NCBI RefSeq assembly: GCF_006345805.1
Contig: NC_043001.1
Location: 66,836,001-66,900,000 of the forward strand
Length of the DNA: 64,000 nucleotides
Direction: 5' to 3'
DNA from: Octopus sinensis
Taxonomy: Eukaryota
Under the pieces are notes generated by a model. That model made no database searches. It was not told the DNA's origin and saw only the letters and a list, made by a program, of their open reading frames with translations. Made by a program: the position numbers and the translations under genes. Below are positions 1 to 12,836 of this stretch, one piece after another; position 1 is the stretch's first letter, and every line of letters begins with the position of its first letter.

Positions 1-595
1 TCTATTTTTTAAGCCAGTTTCTCAGTTTGTGAAATGTAAGACAATTAGGTGAAGTGCTTTGAAAATACTTAGTTTTGTTTGTCAGCCATATGAGGTGAAA
101 AAGAACAATTGAATAAGTAGGGAGAGAGAGGAGGACACAGAAAAAGACAGACAGTAGATATATGGAAGAGGGAGAGAGAAAGAGAGAGAGAGTAAGGTAA
201 TTATTTTTGTTAGCATGAAAGGATGACCCAAATATAGAGAGCAAGACTTAATATGTTTCTCTATTGTTTTATTTAATCTTTTATTAAGCTTGGTGTTGGT
301 GTGATGGCATGACATTATAGCCAAGTTTGACAAGGTGATACTTCACTCACTCACCTACCAGATTAGCTGACCCCTTCCCTCTTCTTTTTCTGAGACTCTT
401 TTCTTCTTTAGCTCTCTTTAACATTAGAACAGCTGCTGTTTCTTCTTGATCAACAGGGGCCCTTTTCTGTCCTCTACACAGAATTATTCTTTCATACACA
501 CATTAGTAAAATGACTGCCCTCCTGTGTTCAGTGGTAAGTAAAAGAAAAACCCTTTCATGTTTTAGTCTCTTCTCAAGAATTTGTAGTGATATGA

Positions 596-597
<2 letters not shown>

Positions 598-653
<56 letters not shown>
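598..653. repeat. (TC)n microsatellite
   Basis: Uninterrupted TC dinucleotide run. Confidence 0.95.
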
Positions 654-659
<6 letters not shown>

Positions 660-1267
660 CTGTGATTACATTAAATGCTTAGTATCAGTTACATTTGTAA
701 CCTTATATGTTGGGTGTGGTGTTGGTGGTGGCAATAAAAGGGTAAGGTGGGGCAGACTGGGTAGAAACAGACCATAGTGTCAGATTAACTATTTTTGCAG
801 TGTTTTCTTCTATTCCATGGGTGTCGGCTTTGTTTTTCACCTCCCTGTAATTGATAAGATAACTGCCTGTTGTTTAGCCCATGATCAAATAGGCCTATGA
901 TCAAACCACAGTGTAATTGAAGGCCTTCCAACCATTATTCTGTCTTTTTCTCCAAGCGGCAGTTAACCTTAGACTACTTTATCTAATCTATGTTCATAAA
1001 GTGTGATTTAAGGGTGAGATGGCTATTTTTTCTAGCTAGTCCATAAAGAGTGTATACTTCAAATACAGTGAAATTGTGATCATCCTATCTTCTTAGTACT
1101 ACGATATCAATTTCTCTTTTTTTTTTTTTTGATCATCCCATCGCAGCCCTTTGGAACTCAGTATGCTTTCACTGAATTATGTTTTACAAACACCCCCTCC
1201 ACATCTCTTTTCTTTTGGAAAAAAAGATTATTTAATCAAACTGAAGCTGATATAGTACAGTGGTTTT

Positions 1268-1752
1268 ATCTTTTTATTTGTTTCAGTCATTAGACTGCGG
1301 TTATGCTAGGGCACTGCCTTGAAGAATTTTACTTGAACGAACTGACCTCAGTTCTTATATTTTTTTTATTATCTTTAGCCTGGTATAGTGGTATTTCGCC
1401 CATTACTACATTCTGAATTCAAATTCTGCTGAGGTTGACTTTGCCTTTCATTCTTTTGGGGCTCAATTAAATAAGAACCAGTTAAGCACTGAAGTCGATG
1501 TAATCGACTTAATCCCCTCTCCCAAGCTGCCCTTGTAAACATTTGAAATCATTATTTTCAGCCTGGTACTTATTTTATCAGTCTGTTTTGCTGAACTGCT
1601 AAGTTATGGGGATGTAAACACACTGACATTGATTGTCAGGTATGTGTTGAGGGAACAAAGACACACACACACAACGGGCTTATTTCAGTTTCCATCTACC
1701 AAATCCACTCACAAGTCTCTGGTCAGCCTGAGGTTACAGTAGAACTTGCCCA
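1268..1752 (-). mobile_element. tRNA-derived CORE-type SINE (family B, OR-like), interrupted by a family A SINE
   Basis: Reverse complement of the family seen at 4279, 5149, 18962 and 23700 (e.g. tttcagtttccatctaccaaatccactcacaag). The 3' part lies at 1268-1385 and the 5' part resumes at about 1560. Confidence 0.75.
1386..1559 (+). mobile_element. 5'-truncated family A SINE nested in a family B SINE
   Basis: Carries the family A core gaggttgactttgcctttcattcttttgggg; flanked by direct repeat agcctggta (1377-1385 and 1560-1568). Confidence 0.8.
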
Positions 1753-1754
1753 TT

Positions 1755-1855
1755 AGATTAGCATATACATGGCTGAGTGTTCCAGAGATACACATACCAT
1801 TTATGTAATTCTCAAGTAGAATCAGTGTGAATGTATGTGTGACAAGACTGGTATG
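1755..1855 (-). mobile_element. Family C SINE tail fragment
   Basis: Diverged reverse complement of the 4100-4245 segment of the family C copy. Confidence 0.55.
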
Positions 1856-2225
1856 GTCTCCATCTAATTAATTTCTCTCGCAAGGCTTTGGCAACACATA
1901 TTTATTTAAGGTACCATGCCCTGGTAATTAACCTGGGACTGCATTGGGTGAAGTCAACTTCTTGAACTCTTGGTCATTTCTCATACCCCTGCATCCATTT
2001 AGACAATATACACTGACATTTACACATATTTTTACATACATAGCATACATAGTTTGTGTGTGTGTATATATGCATTTGTACCATTGTCATAATTGTTTTA
2101 ATGTGCACTTTACTGTGTATTTATATCTATATATCAGTACATATGTGTGAAAAACGTACATACACACAAATACATATTCATACATATATAAATATATAAA
2201 CACACATATATACATCATCATCACA

Positions 2226-3638
2226 AATACATACATCATCATCATCATTTAGCGTTTGTTGTCCATGCTGGCATGGGTTGGACTGTTTGACCAGGGCTGG
2301 CAAAGTGAAAGGCTGCACCAGATTCCAGTCTGATTTGGCATGGTTTCTGTGGCTGGGTGCCCTTCCTAATGCCAACCACCCCAAGAGTATAATGGGTGAT
2401 TTTACATGCCACCAGCACTGGTACCATTTTTGTGACACCAGTATCTTCCACAAATACAATTTTACTTGGCTTGATGTGTCTTCTTCTCAAGCATGGCATA
2501 ATATCAAAGGTTTCAATCATTTGTTATTGCCTCCATGAGGCCCAACACTCGAAAGGTGCTTTTCACATGCCACCAGCATTGGCTACCTTGCCTCCGTGAG
2601 ACCCAAGGCTCGAAGGGTGCTTTTTATGTGCCACCAGCATGGGTGCCAGTATTGGCCACAACTACAATTTCACTCAGCTTCACACCTCTTTTCAAGCATT
2701 ACATATCGCTAAAGGTCACAGTCACTAGTCATTGCCTCTGTGAGGCCCAGAGTTCGAAGATCATGCTTCACCATCTCATCCCATGTTTTCCTAGGTCTAC
2801 CTCTTCCACAGGTTCCCTCTACAGTTAGAGATTGGCACATCTTTACACAGCTGTTCTCATCCATGTGCATCACATGACCATACCAGCACAGTTGTTTCTC
2901 TTGCACACCATATCTGATGCCTCTTATGCTCAACTTTTCTCTTAAGATGCTTACACTCTGGCATTCAGCAAAGCATACTGGCTTCATTTCTTTCAAGCTT
3001 ACACATGTCCTCAGCTGTTGCAGCCCATGTTTCATTGCCATGTAGCATAGCTGTTTGCACATAGGCATCATACAATCTGCCTTTCACTCTGAGAGAGAGG
3101 CCCTTTGTTGCCACCAAAAGTAGGAGCTCTCTGAATTTTTCCCAGCTGACTCTTATTCTCACAGTTACGCTCTCAGAGCATCCACTTCCGCTACTAAATT
3201 GGTCATATAGATAAAGGAAGCTATTTAATACTCCTAGCTTACCTCCTTGGCAGTTGATGGAGTCTATTTTCTGTACATTTTTGGTATTTATTGTGCATGT
3301 GCATCTTCCACACACAAAAACTATTTCCCTGTTAACCTTCCTCTGATATTGCTGCACCTCTTATGTGTTCATAGCTTACACTGGGTACATCTTATAGAGT
3401 TTCTACCTACGCCTTTTCTGCAGATCGAACAGGACCATCTACCTGAAGGGATTTGTGATTTGTCTGCCTTCCTACTTACTAAGACTTACTAGGTTTACTC
3501 TAAGGCCTTTCAATTCTAGACCTTGCTTCCATACCTGAAACTTCCTCTCAAGTTCTGGTAGTGATTCAGCTATAAAAACAAGGTCATTAAATTCTTCTGT
3601 TACTGCCTGAAGAACTATGATGAACAAGAGGGAGCTGA

Positions 3639-3644
<6 letters not shown>
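2226..3644 (-). mobile_element. 5'-truncated RTE-clade LINE, decayed
   Basis: Minus-strand ORF pieces give SVLSSLLFIIVLQAVTEEF..., KGLSLRVKGRLYDA, MLHGNETW, LCWYGHV, GRGRPRKTW; (GAT)n tail at about 2226-2248. Relative to the 30525 copy it has an in-frame 33-bp deletion (KTGCPWELLYA) near 3590 that destroys the YADD motif. Confidence 0.92.

Positions 3645-3705
<61 letters not shown>
3645..3705. repeat. (TA)n microsatellite at the LINE 5' junction
   Basis: Pure TA run. Confidence 0.95.
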
Positions 3706-3708
<3 letters not shown>

Positions 3709-3898
3709 GTGTGTTTTTATTATGGTAGTTTTGACTTCAAAAGTCCCTCCTAGTGTGAGGCATTTATGTATAGTAATACCCTTAATATAAATAAATATAT
3801 ATAAAGGGAATAATTAATAAACTTTTGCCTTATGAGGTTTTTTCACGCCAACTACTTGATAAATTCTTATAAAGATTTTATCCTATATTTAAGTTGTG

Positions 3899-3933
<35 letters not shown>

Positions 3934-3954
3934 ATGTATATATATGTGTGTGTG

Positions 3955-4245
3955 TGGAGGCACGTGGCTTAGTGGTTAGGGCATTTGGCTTGCAATTGTA
4001 AGGTCATGAGTTTAATTCCTGGCGACACAGTGTGTCCTTGAGCAAGACACTTTATTTCACATTGCTCCAGTCCACTCAGCTGGCAAAAATTAGTAGTACC
4101 TGTATTTCAAAGGGCTGGCCTTGTCACAGTATGTGTCACACCAAATCTCCCTGAGAACTACGTTAGAGGTACACGTGTCTGTGGATTGCTCAGTCACTTG
4201 CACGTTAATTTCACGAGCAGGCTGTTCCGTTGATCGTATCAGCTG
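3955..4245 (+). mobile_element. tRNA-derived SINE, family C, near full length
   Basis: A-box tggcttagtgg, B-box-like gagtttaattcc, then gtgtccttgagcaagacactt and a tail also seen reverse-complemented at 1755 and about 40190. Confidence 0.8.
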
Positions 4246-4278
4246 AGAGAGAGAGAGAGAGAGATCATTTTTATGGGT

Positions 4279-4612
4279 GCAGTTGTGGCTGTGTGATAAG
4301 AAACTTGCTTCCCAACCACAGGGTTCTGGGTTCAGACCCACTGCATGGCACCTTGGGTAAGTATCTTCTATAGCCTCAGGCTGACCAATAGACAGAAACT
4401 GAAAGAAGCCTGTCATATGTGTGTGTGTGTGTCTTTGTGTCTGTGTTTGTTGCCCCCACTACATCACTGCTTGACAACCAGTTTGTGTGTTTACATCCTC
4501 ATAATTTAGTGGTTCAGCAAAAGAGACCAATAGAATAAGTACTAGGCTTTAAAAAGATAAGTGCTGTGGTTGACTGTTTGACTAAAACCCTTCAAGGCTG
4601 GGTACAGTCAAA
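4279..4612 (+). mobile_element. Family B CORE-type SINE
   Basis: gtggctgtgtgataag head, gggttcagacc B-box, CORE-like ggcaccttgggtaagt, internal (TG)n, tail ending aaacaagttaaaga. Confidence 0.85.
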
Positions 4613-5148
4613 TGATTAAAACAAGTTAAAGAATAACATAATATCCACTCACTGAATTATATTACAATTATTTGTAATTTTTTTCATTAAAAAATTCCAT
4701 TCATCTGAATTTGAAATGAACTGGTTCACCTCAGTCATTGGAATAATGGATTGTATGTATGTGCTGCCAGCTTCACTGAACTGTGTATCACTTGACAATC
4801 CCTTAACACTCTTCTTGTCTACTCAACTGTGTCATATAGATAATATATAAAGGTTGGTATAGGGGAGGTTTGAGACTGGAAATTAATTGGATTATTATTT
4901 GGTTTCACCTGAAAAAAATACCATCTTCCTACTTATGATGTAGATCATTGAGATTTAGTGGTGGCTTTACTTATATTTCAGTGATCATTGCTATCACAAC
5001 CACCATTATCATTGTCACCATCACCTTCCTGTTTGTCAAAATGTTAATATCTTTTACTGGTTTATATTGTTAGTTTATTGTGATAGTTCAGGATGGTCAT
5101 GTATTTATTTGGTGCATGTATTTATTGGGGAGGGGGATGACAGGCACA

Positions 5149-5537
5149 AGCCTGGCTGTATGGTAAGAAGCTTACTTCTCAACCACATGGTCCTGGGTTC
5201 AGTCCCACTGCATGACACCTTGGGCAAGTGTCTTCTACTATATAGTCTTGGGTCAACCGAAGCCTTGTGAGTGGATTTGGTAGATGGAAACTGAAAGAAG
5301 CCTGCCATGTGTATATATATGTATATCTTTATGTGTGTTTGTGTTTGTCTCCCATTACCGCTTGACAAATGGTATTGGTGTGTATATGCCCCTGTAATAT
5401 AGCAGTTCAGCAAAAGAGACTGATAAAATAAGTACTAGGCTTTAAAAAGAAAGTCCTAGGGTTGATTTGTTCAACTAAAATCTCTCAAGGTGGTGCATGG
5501 CAGCAGTCAAATGATTGAAACAAGTAAAAGAACAAAA
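5149..5537 (+). mobile_element. Family B CORE-type SINE
   Basis: Same head, core and tail order as 4279 and 23700. Confidence 0.85.
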
Positions 5538-6044
5538 GAAAATCCCAAAATATAATCATATCTGTTTCAACACACATTTTCACATCAGGAATCTTGCAAA
5601 ACAAACTCGTAATTATTAGTTGGCATCATTAAGATATATGCAATGAAAAGGATAATATAAAAAAACAAGTTTATTGTTTGTATAGTAAGTTGTACAAATT
5701 CTTTTGATTCCCTGTAATTCAGATCACTTCATAGTATCAGCTGACAAAATGAAAAAAGTGTTGCCCTGCAGGATGGCAAGAGAGATGCACTGGAACAGTC
5801 ACTCTGACTTACTGAGCTCACATTTGCAGATAGCATCTCCGCCGCAATGGTGGTGAGCAGGAATATGGTCTGAGGAAGCCAAGAATGTCAGAGGTCTCCA
5901 CTTTCACAAGCTTGACCACATCACATAACAGAGATAGTATTAGCAAGACTACATTACCAAAACAGAGCCAACACAAGATCATTTAGTGACATCATCTCAA
6001 CAAGATTAAAAACTAGCAGGTTATATATTGTGGCTACTGGAACA

Positions 6045-6162
6045 ATGCCATTCTAAAAGGGACACCACTGGAAGGGGAAAAAGGGTGGCAGACCAAATGC
6101 TACATGACACAGAACATTCATAGCTGACATGAGAGAGGCTGGTACCATATAGCCTCTCTCAT
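6045..6162 (+). mobile_element. C-terminal fragment of an older RTE-clade LINE
   Basis: Translates KGGRPNAT*HRTFIADMREAGTI*, matching the RTE C-terminal GRPKxTWxRTxxxDMxxxG pattern. Confidence 0.5.
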
Positions 6163-6449
6163 AATGGTGATAGTATTGATGCAAAGAAAAACTGTAGCCT
6201 ACAGAAACTTGTAGTGTGAACTTGATTCATCTCATCATCCAATTGTGGTGGACTAACAGATTTGTTAGAGCATTGAAAAAATTCCTTTTTGATATTTATT
6301 TTGCCTCTTTAGACGCTGCAAATACCACCAAAATCACCTGTGCTGTTTATTCTTCTGAGGTTGATTATATAAAACATATCAATGAAGTGCAGTATTGATT
6401 TCATTGGTTTACTTCTCCTTCCCTCTCACAGAAAAAAAATTTCTAACCT

Positions 6450-7631
6450 TGTAAGAAGCGTCAGTTGTGGTGTGCAAGAGAGACGGCTGCGCTGGTATGG
6501 TCATGTGACGAGAATGGCTGAAGATAGTTGTGTGCAAAAGTGCTACACCCTAGCAGTTGTGGGAACCTGTGGAAGAGGTAGACCCAGGAAAACCTGGGAC
6601 GAGGTGGTGAAGCACGACCTTTGAACTTTAGGTCTCACCAAGGAAATGACTAGTGACCGAGACCTATGAAAGTATGCTGTGCGTGAGAAGACCCGGCAAG
6701 ACTAGTCAGGCCATAACCCGTGGCCCCTACCTGGGACGTAGTCAGTCCACCTGTACATACCTTCCTTCTTGTGACACTTGTAAAGACCTGTTGAGGCAAG
6801 TGAAAATCAAATCAAAACAAATCAAAATAGATGAACATCAATGGAATTTGTATCTTTGTGGTACCAGTGCCGGTGGCACACAAGAAAACCATCCGAACGT
6901 GGCCGTAGCCAGTACCGCATCGACTGGCCTCCGTGCTGTGGGCACATAACAGACACCATCCGATCGTGGCCGTTCGCCAGCCTCATCTGGCACCTGTGTC
7001 GGTGGCACATAAAAACACCATCCGAAGACCCGGCAAGACTAGTCGGGCCATAACCCGTGGCCCCTACCTGGGACGTAGTCAGTCCACCTGTGCATACCTT
7101 CCTTCTTGTGACACTTGTGAAGACCTGTTGAGGCAAGTGAAAATCAAATCAAAATAGATGAACATGAATGGAATTTGTAACTTTGTGGTACCAGTGCCGG
7201 TGGCACACAAGAAAACCATCCGAACGTGGCCATAGCCAGTACTGCATCGACTGGCCTCCGTGCTGTGGGCACGTAACAAACACCATCCGATCGTGGCTGT
7301 TCGCCAGCCTCATCTGGCACCTGTGTCGGTGGCACATAAAAACACCATCCAAGCGTGGCCGTCTGCCAGCCTCGTCTGGCACCTGTGTCGGTGGCACAAA
7401 AAAACACCATCCGAGCGTGGCCGTTCGCCAGCCTCGTCTGGCACCTGTGTCGGTGGCACATAAAATCACCCACTACACTCTCGGAGTGGTTGGCGTTAGG
7501 AAGGGCATCCAGCTGTAGAAACACTGCCAGATCTGACTGGCCTGGTGCAGCCTTCGGGCTCCCCAGACCCCAGTTGAACCGTCCAACCCATGCTAGCATG
7601 GAAAGCGGACGTTAAATGATGATGATGATGT
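6450..7631 (+). mobile_element. 5'-truncated RTE-clade LINE with internally duplicated 3' UTR
   Basis: GVQERRLRWYGHV...GRGRPRKTWDEVVKHDL, followed by the 3' UTR, ~61-bp repeat units, the ccatgctagcatgg palindrome and a (GAT)n tail. Confidence 0.93.
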
Positions 7632-7647
7632 ACCTATGCTAAAACTT

Positions 7648-7867
7648 ATGGTAACAAGCTGACAGAATCATTAGCACACTGGGTAAAATGCTTTATGTAT
7701 TTTGTCTGTCTTTATGTTCTGAGTTCAAATTCAGTTGAGATCAACTTTGCCTTTCATCTATTCAGGGTCAATGAAATAAGTACCAGTTGAGCACTGAGGT
7801 TGATGTAATTGACTAGCTACCCCCCACCCATTTCAGGCCATGTGCAGTAAGAAGGATTCCTATTATT
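7648..7867 (+). mobile_element. Family A SINE
   Basis: agctgacagaatcattagca head, gagttcaaattc B-box, ttgcctttcatc...aagtaccagtt core, (ATT) tail. Confidence 0.8.
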
Positions 7868-10800
7868 GTCCAAGTCAGAGATGCCACTCAGGTGTATAGG
7901 TCAATAGAAATGAAATTTAAAATAAGATTGATGTAGTGACGATCACCGCTAGAGCTGTGATATGTTTGTAGTCAGTGTTTGAAATGACCATTGAGTCTGA
8001 AGTTGAGATTTCCATGAAGTGAATTAGATGATACACTCCTGTTTTTGTTTTTTTGGGGTTTTTTCCAGGAATATAGCTCCTCTTCTAATAATACATGAGA
8101 CATTGGTTATTAAAAGTGCTTCTTTATAAAATTCTATCTTTAAAATGGATTGAGGAAATGGGTTATGAATTCACTGTTGTTTTTATTAAGCTCCAGGTGA
8201 GTGCTTAGACCTATGACCAAAGGTATTCCAACTGACCATCCTGAAGATAAAATCTCATCATGACCCTGGTTGTAGCTAATAGGATAGTAGAGTGTGATTT
8301 GATAGATTTGACTACTCTTTCTAGCTATATCTTGTGTCATTCACTACTTAATCGGTTGTTTACAGAAAATCAACCATAGATTATTTAACCTCATCAGATA
8401 TTTACCATTCTCAGACTTCTGATTTATTCCTGTATATATCAGAAAATAAAACAGATGATCAACAGCTGAAATGATGGCCAAATGACAAGAATTTAACATA
8501 TTTGAAACAATAAAAAGAAAAAAGGCAATGCTTGTCTCTAACTCTAAATCACTTAATTTACTGTTGTTGACTTTACTATTCTTCTATACAATTTGATTTT
8601 TTCTTTTGTTTTTTTTTTCTTTCCAAACCTAATTTCTTCCCCTCCTACCTTTTAATTGTAAATCCTCATCCAGTCTTCCTTTAACTCCACCTTCTTCCTC
8701 CACTCTTCCCAAACTATGTGAAATTTCTCTGCCATCATAAAGTCACATTCACATACTGATGAACATACACACACATACACCTGTTCATACCTTTCTGAAC
8801 ACCAGGCATTTTCATTGACCTCGCTTTTTCTGTTGCTGCTGGCACATCCTCACAATTATTGATATATTTCATACATACATGTGTGTGTGTAGTGTAATTT
8901 GTTCCATTTTTGTTCTTTATTACATTCATACTTAGTAATTCAAATAGTCTTGTCTCCAAACCATTTCACTGAAGAGGGTTTTTCTTTTATATTATTGTCA
9001 GTCATCAATAGTTTTTACTGTTAGTAGTGGAGGCGGTAGTGGTAGTGATGGTGATTATTATAATGGTGATGGTGGTGTTGATGGTGTTGAGGACAAAAAG
9101 TACAGAAACCAGTCAACCACAAAATGAAACCTACCTATATGTAATTACACACAAATGAATATATATGCATACATATCTACACATATATAATTCAGAGAAA
9201 AAAAAAATGAAAGTATTTATAAGAGTTACAAACTAAAGCTATGCATCTCTTACTCTGCCCCTCTCCCTCTCCACACACTCATTAAATTAATATATTTGTA
9301 AACAACTATTTGAGAGCAAATAAAAATATCAGTGCATGTATGTGTGTATAGGTTTGTCTATATGTTTGGGTATATGTGCAAGTACATGTATGTATGTGGG
9401 TATATATGTCTACAACTGTATATATGAGCATGTGTGGATGGAGGTGACTGGCCATATGTGTGTAGGTGTATGCATGTATATATAGGTGAGCATGTATATA
9501 TGCCTGTTGTGTGTGTTTATACTTCAAAATGATTTACTGAGTAATTCAGTATTTTCTCAAGTAATTCAAGCAACATTCTTTCTTTCCTTTCTTTCTCTCT
9601 TTTATCTTTTATTTCTTTTGCTTATATTCTGATATTCTTCTCGGCTTTCTCTTAGTGGTATCTTTATACAAACAGGTGTACTAAGACAGCACACATACAC
9701 ACACACATACGTATGTATATATATATATATATATATATATTAGTGTATGTATGTATAAAAATTTGACTTCCATCTAAACCAAGATAACAATTACTACTAG
9801 TGTTCCACCAGTAAGTAAATTAATACTGCTATATTTCACTACAACCTCCCTACCTCTTTCTCTCTCTCTCTGTCCATCACTTCACCCTTTGTGGCTGGTT
9901 ACTTCAACTGTAAAAAAAAAGACTGTCTTGATTATTTCTATCTGATTGACCAATGTGATGTTTGTTACTTGATGTGGGACCAGTGGTTTATGGTTCAGTT
10001 GAGCTACCCATTGGGAATTAATGATGTTTTGTTGTGGGTCCATTGGTAGGTCACTATTCTGATATTTATTTGTTTAAATAGTATAACACATTGCAGTGCA
10101 TATATATAGGTATGTATATATGTGTTTATAAGCTATATGTATATAGTTATGTGTATATATGTGTGTATATAAACTATATGTGTTTAGTTATTTGTGTGTA
10201 TGTGTGTATATATGTATGTGTGTGTAACTATACATGTATATAAATATGTATATGTGCATATGTATATATAAACTACATGTATATAGTTATGTGCATATAT
10301 GTATATAGTTATGTGCATATGTACGTATAATTATATTTATATATGTGTATAACTATATGTGAAAGTGTTCTTCATAAATAGTTCCATTAATTTTTCTTCA
10401 AAAAACAAAACATGAATGTAAGATAAAGAAATATCTCAAAGCAATAAAAAATTTCCACCAGGAAGCTTCTGTATGATTGTTTAAGCAACTAGAAATAACA
10501 GCCAAATCACACCCTTGTTGCATCTTTCTTAGCAAGAAAAACAAAAATATAAAGCATATTTTGGATCTAATTAGGGAAAAGTGGGATGGACTTGTTTGCA
10601 AAGCCTTTAATTATATGTTTGAAGGATTAATGAAACTTAACTGAATATTCCATATTTCCCCCACATGGTTTTGTGTGTGTGTGTCTTTTCTACTATGTGG
10701 GTAATATATATAACACATCTTCTACCTAGTCTACACACAACATCTCTCTCACAAGGCAGTTTGTAAGAGTTACTCTGTTGGAAGTAATACTTCCTTATTT

Positions 10801-11469
10801 ATATTTTTACATTCTGACTGATGGCATCTTGTAGTTTGCCTAGTCAAATATGTTTAGTTTTCAGATTGGAGCCTCCACTCACCACTACCATCACCTCCTC
10901 CTGTACAAGAATTTACCTTATGTTATTCACCTTGTGCAAAGTGACCTGTAAGGTGTTCGATGTTGTTGGTGTTAAACATTAATTATGTATGGCATTGTTT
11001 GAGCAGTAGCATCATTGGTTCCAAATTTGCAGTGAGCCAATCACTGGTTTATTTCATATATGGTAAGAGAGTGTCTGTAACTTAGTGCAAAGCAAATATC
11101 ACAAATGATCTTTTTGAAACATACTAATTAATTGATTTTCTTGTCAATATTTACATCATTCACTAATACACATTACTCAAAGATATAAACACACACGCAC
11201 AATAATATATATATATTTCACTTAGGCATTGTGAGACTGATAACCTAGTGTAGAACTCAGTATACATATTCTTCAGGACAAAGTGTTTGCTGGTAATGCT
11301 TTTTCCTATCTATTCTTTTCCCAAATAAAATTGCACTTCATATTTGAGGCTCTAATGAAACTATAAGAATTTACTCAGGCACTCAACTTTGAGTCCACTG
11401 AATCATTCCTTTACCATCTCATTATCTCTTGTGTGTGTGTGTTTGTGTATATATCTATATCTGTATCTG

Positions 11470-11485
11470 TCTGTCTGCCTGCCTG

Positions 11486-11558
<73 letters not shown>

Positions 11559-11605
11559 ATCTATATCTATCTATCTATCTATATCTATATCTATCTATCT
11601 ATCTA
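11470..11605. repeat. (TATC)n microsatellite
   Basis: Long TATC array with TATATC variants. Confidence 0.95.
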
Positions 11606-11611
11606 TATACA

Positions 11612-12836
11612 CAGGGGTTTGACAAAATAATGGAAACACGTAGCATCATAATTTTGAAATATCTATGAAACCATCAAAAGCTTGTTTATTTTTATGTTTT
11701 TTGATTTATTATTTGTGTTGCTTTATATGTTTTGCTAAAATTGCTGTTTCTTTTCAGATATCATCAAAAAAATGTAATTAAAATTCATTAAAATGACAGA
11801 TCTATCAGACTTTCAAAGAGGTCAAATTGTTGGTGTTCGTATGGCAGGTGCTAGCATAACAAAAACAGTCGAAATGTTTGGTGTATCAAGAAGTACTGTC
11901 TCAAAAGTAAGGACAGCCTTTGAGAAAGAGGGGAAAACTTCCTTGTCGAAATAAAACTCCGGAAGAAAACCAAAAATTTCAGATAGGGACCGTCGGACTC
12001 TTACGCGAATTGTTAGAAAGGATCACAAAAGTACAGCTCCCTAAATTACTGCAGAGCTTAATGACCACCTCGAGAACCCAGTTTCCACAAGAATTGTTCG
12101 CTGAAAGCTGCACAAAGCCGGATTTCACAAGAGGGCTGCAATCAGAAAACCACTATTTTCAAAAACAAATGTTGCAAAGCATTTAGAGTGGAGTAAAAAA
12201 CCTACAGAATTGGTCCCTAGAGCAGTAGAAGAATGTCATTTTCTCGGATGTGTCATCTTTTACCTTATTTCTGATCACCGACCAAGTATACATGTGGAGA
12301 CAGCCAAAAGAAGCATTTGACCCAGACTGCCTTCTTCCAGCTGTTAAACATGGAGGAGGATCTGTGATGATTTGGGGAGCTATATCTTGGAAATCTGTCA
12401 GCCACTGGTTTCTCTTCATGGCAGAATTGATAGTCAAAACTATTCAAGCATTTTATTTGATCAAATTCATCCTATGGTTGCAGAACTGTTTCTGGAGGGA
12501 AATGAAATCTTTCAGGATGTTAATGCACCAATTCACACAGCTAAACTTGTTACTGAATAGCACAAGGAACATTCTAGTGAAGTTGAACATCTTATCTGGC
12601 CACCACAGTCCCCAGATCTCAATATCATTGAACATTTATGGTGCATTTTAGAAAAACAAGTAAGGAGTTGATATCCTCGACCATCATTACTTCAAGAACT
12701 GGAGACTGTTTTAGCTGAAGAATGGACAAAAATTCTTTTGGAAACAATTCAAACTTTGTACAAGTCCATAGTCCTACCCATATTTAAATAAATTTGTTTG
12801 AAATTTTTAGGTGTTTCCATTATTTTGTCCAACCCC

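Noticed and set aside
11389-11668. ORFs with IYLS/YIYI repeats (also 3472-3708 in part, 45335-45625, 54721-55116)
   Set aside because: Translations of microsatellites.
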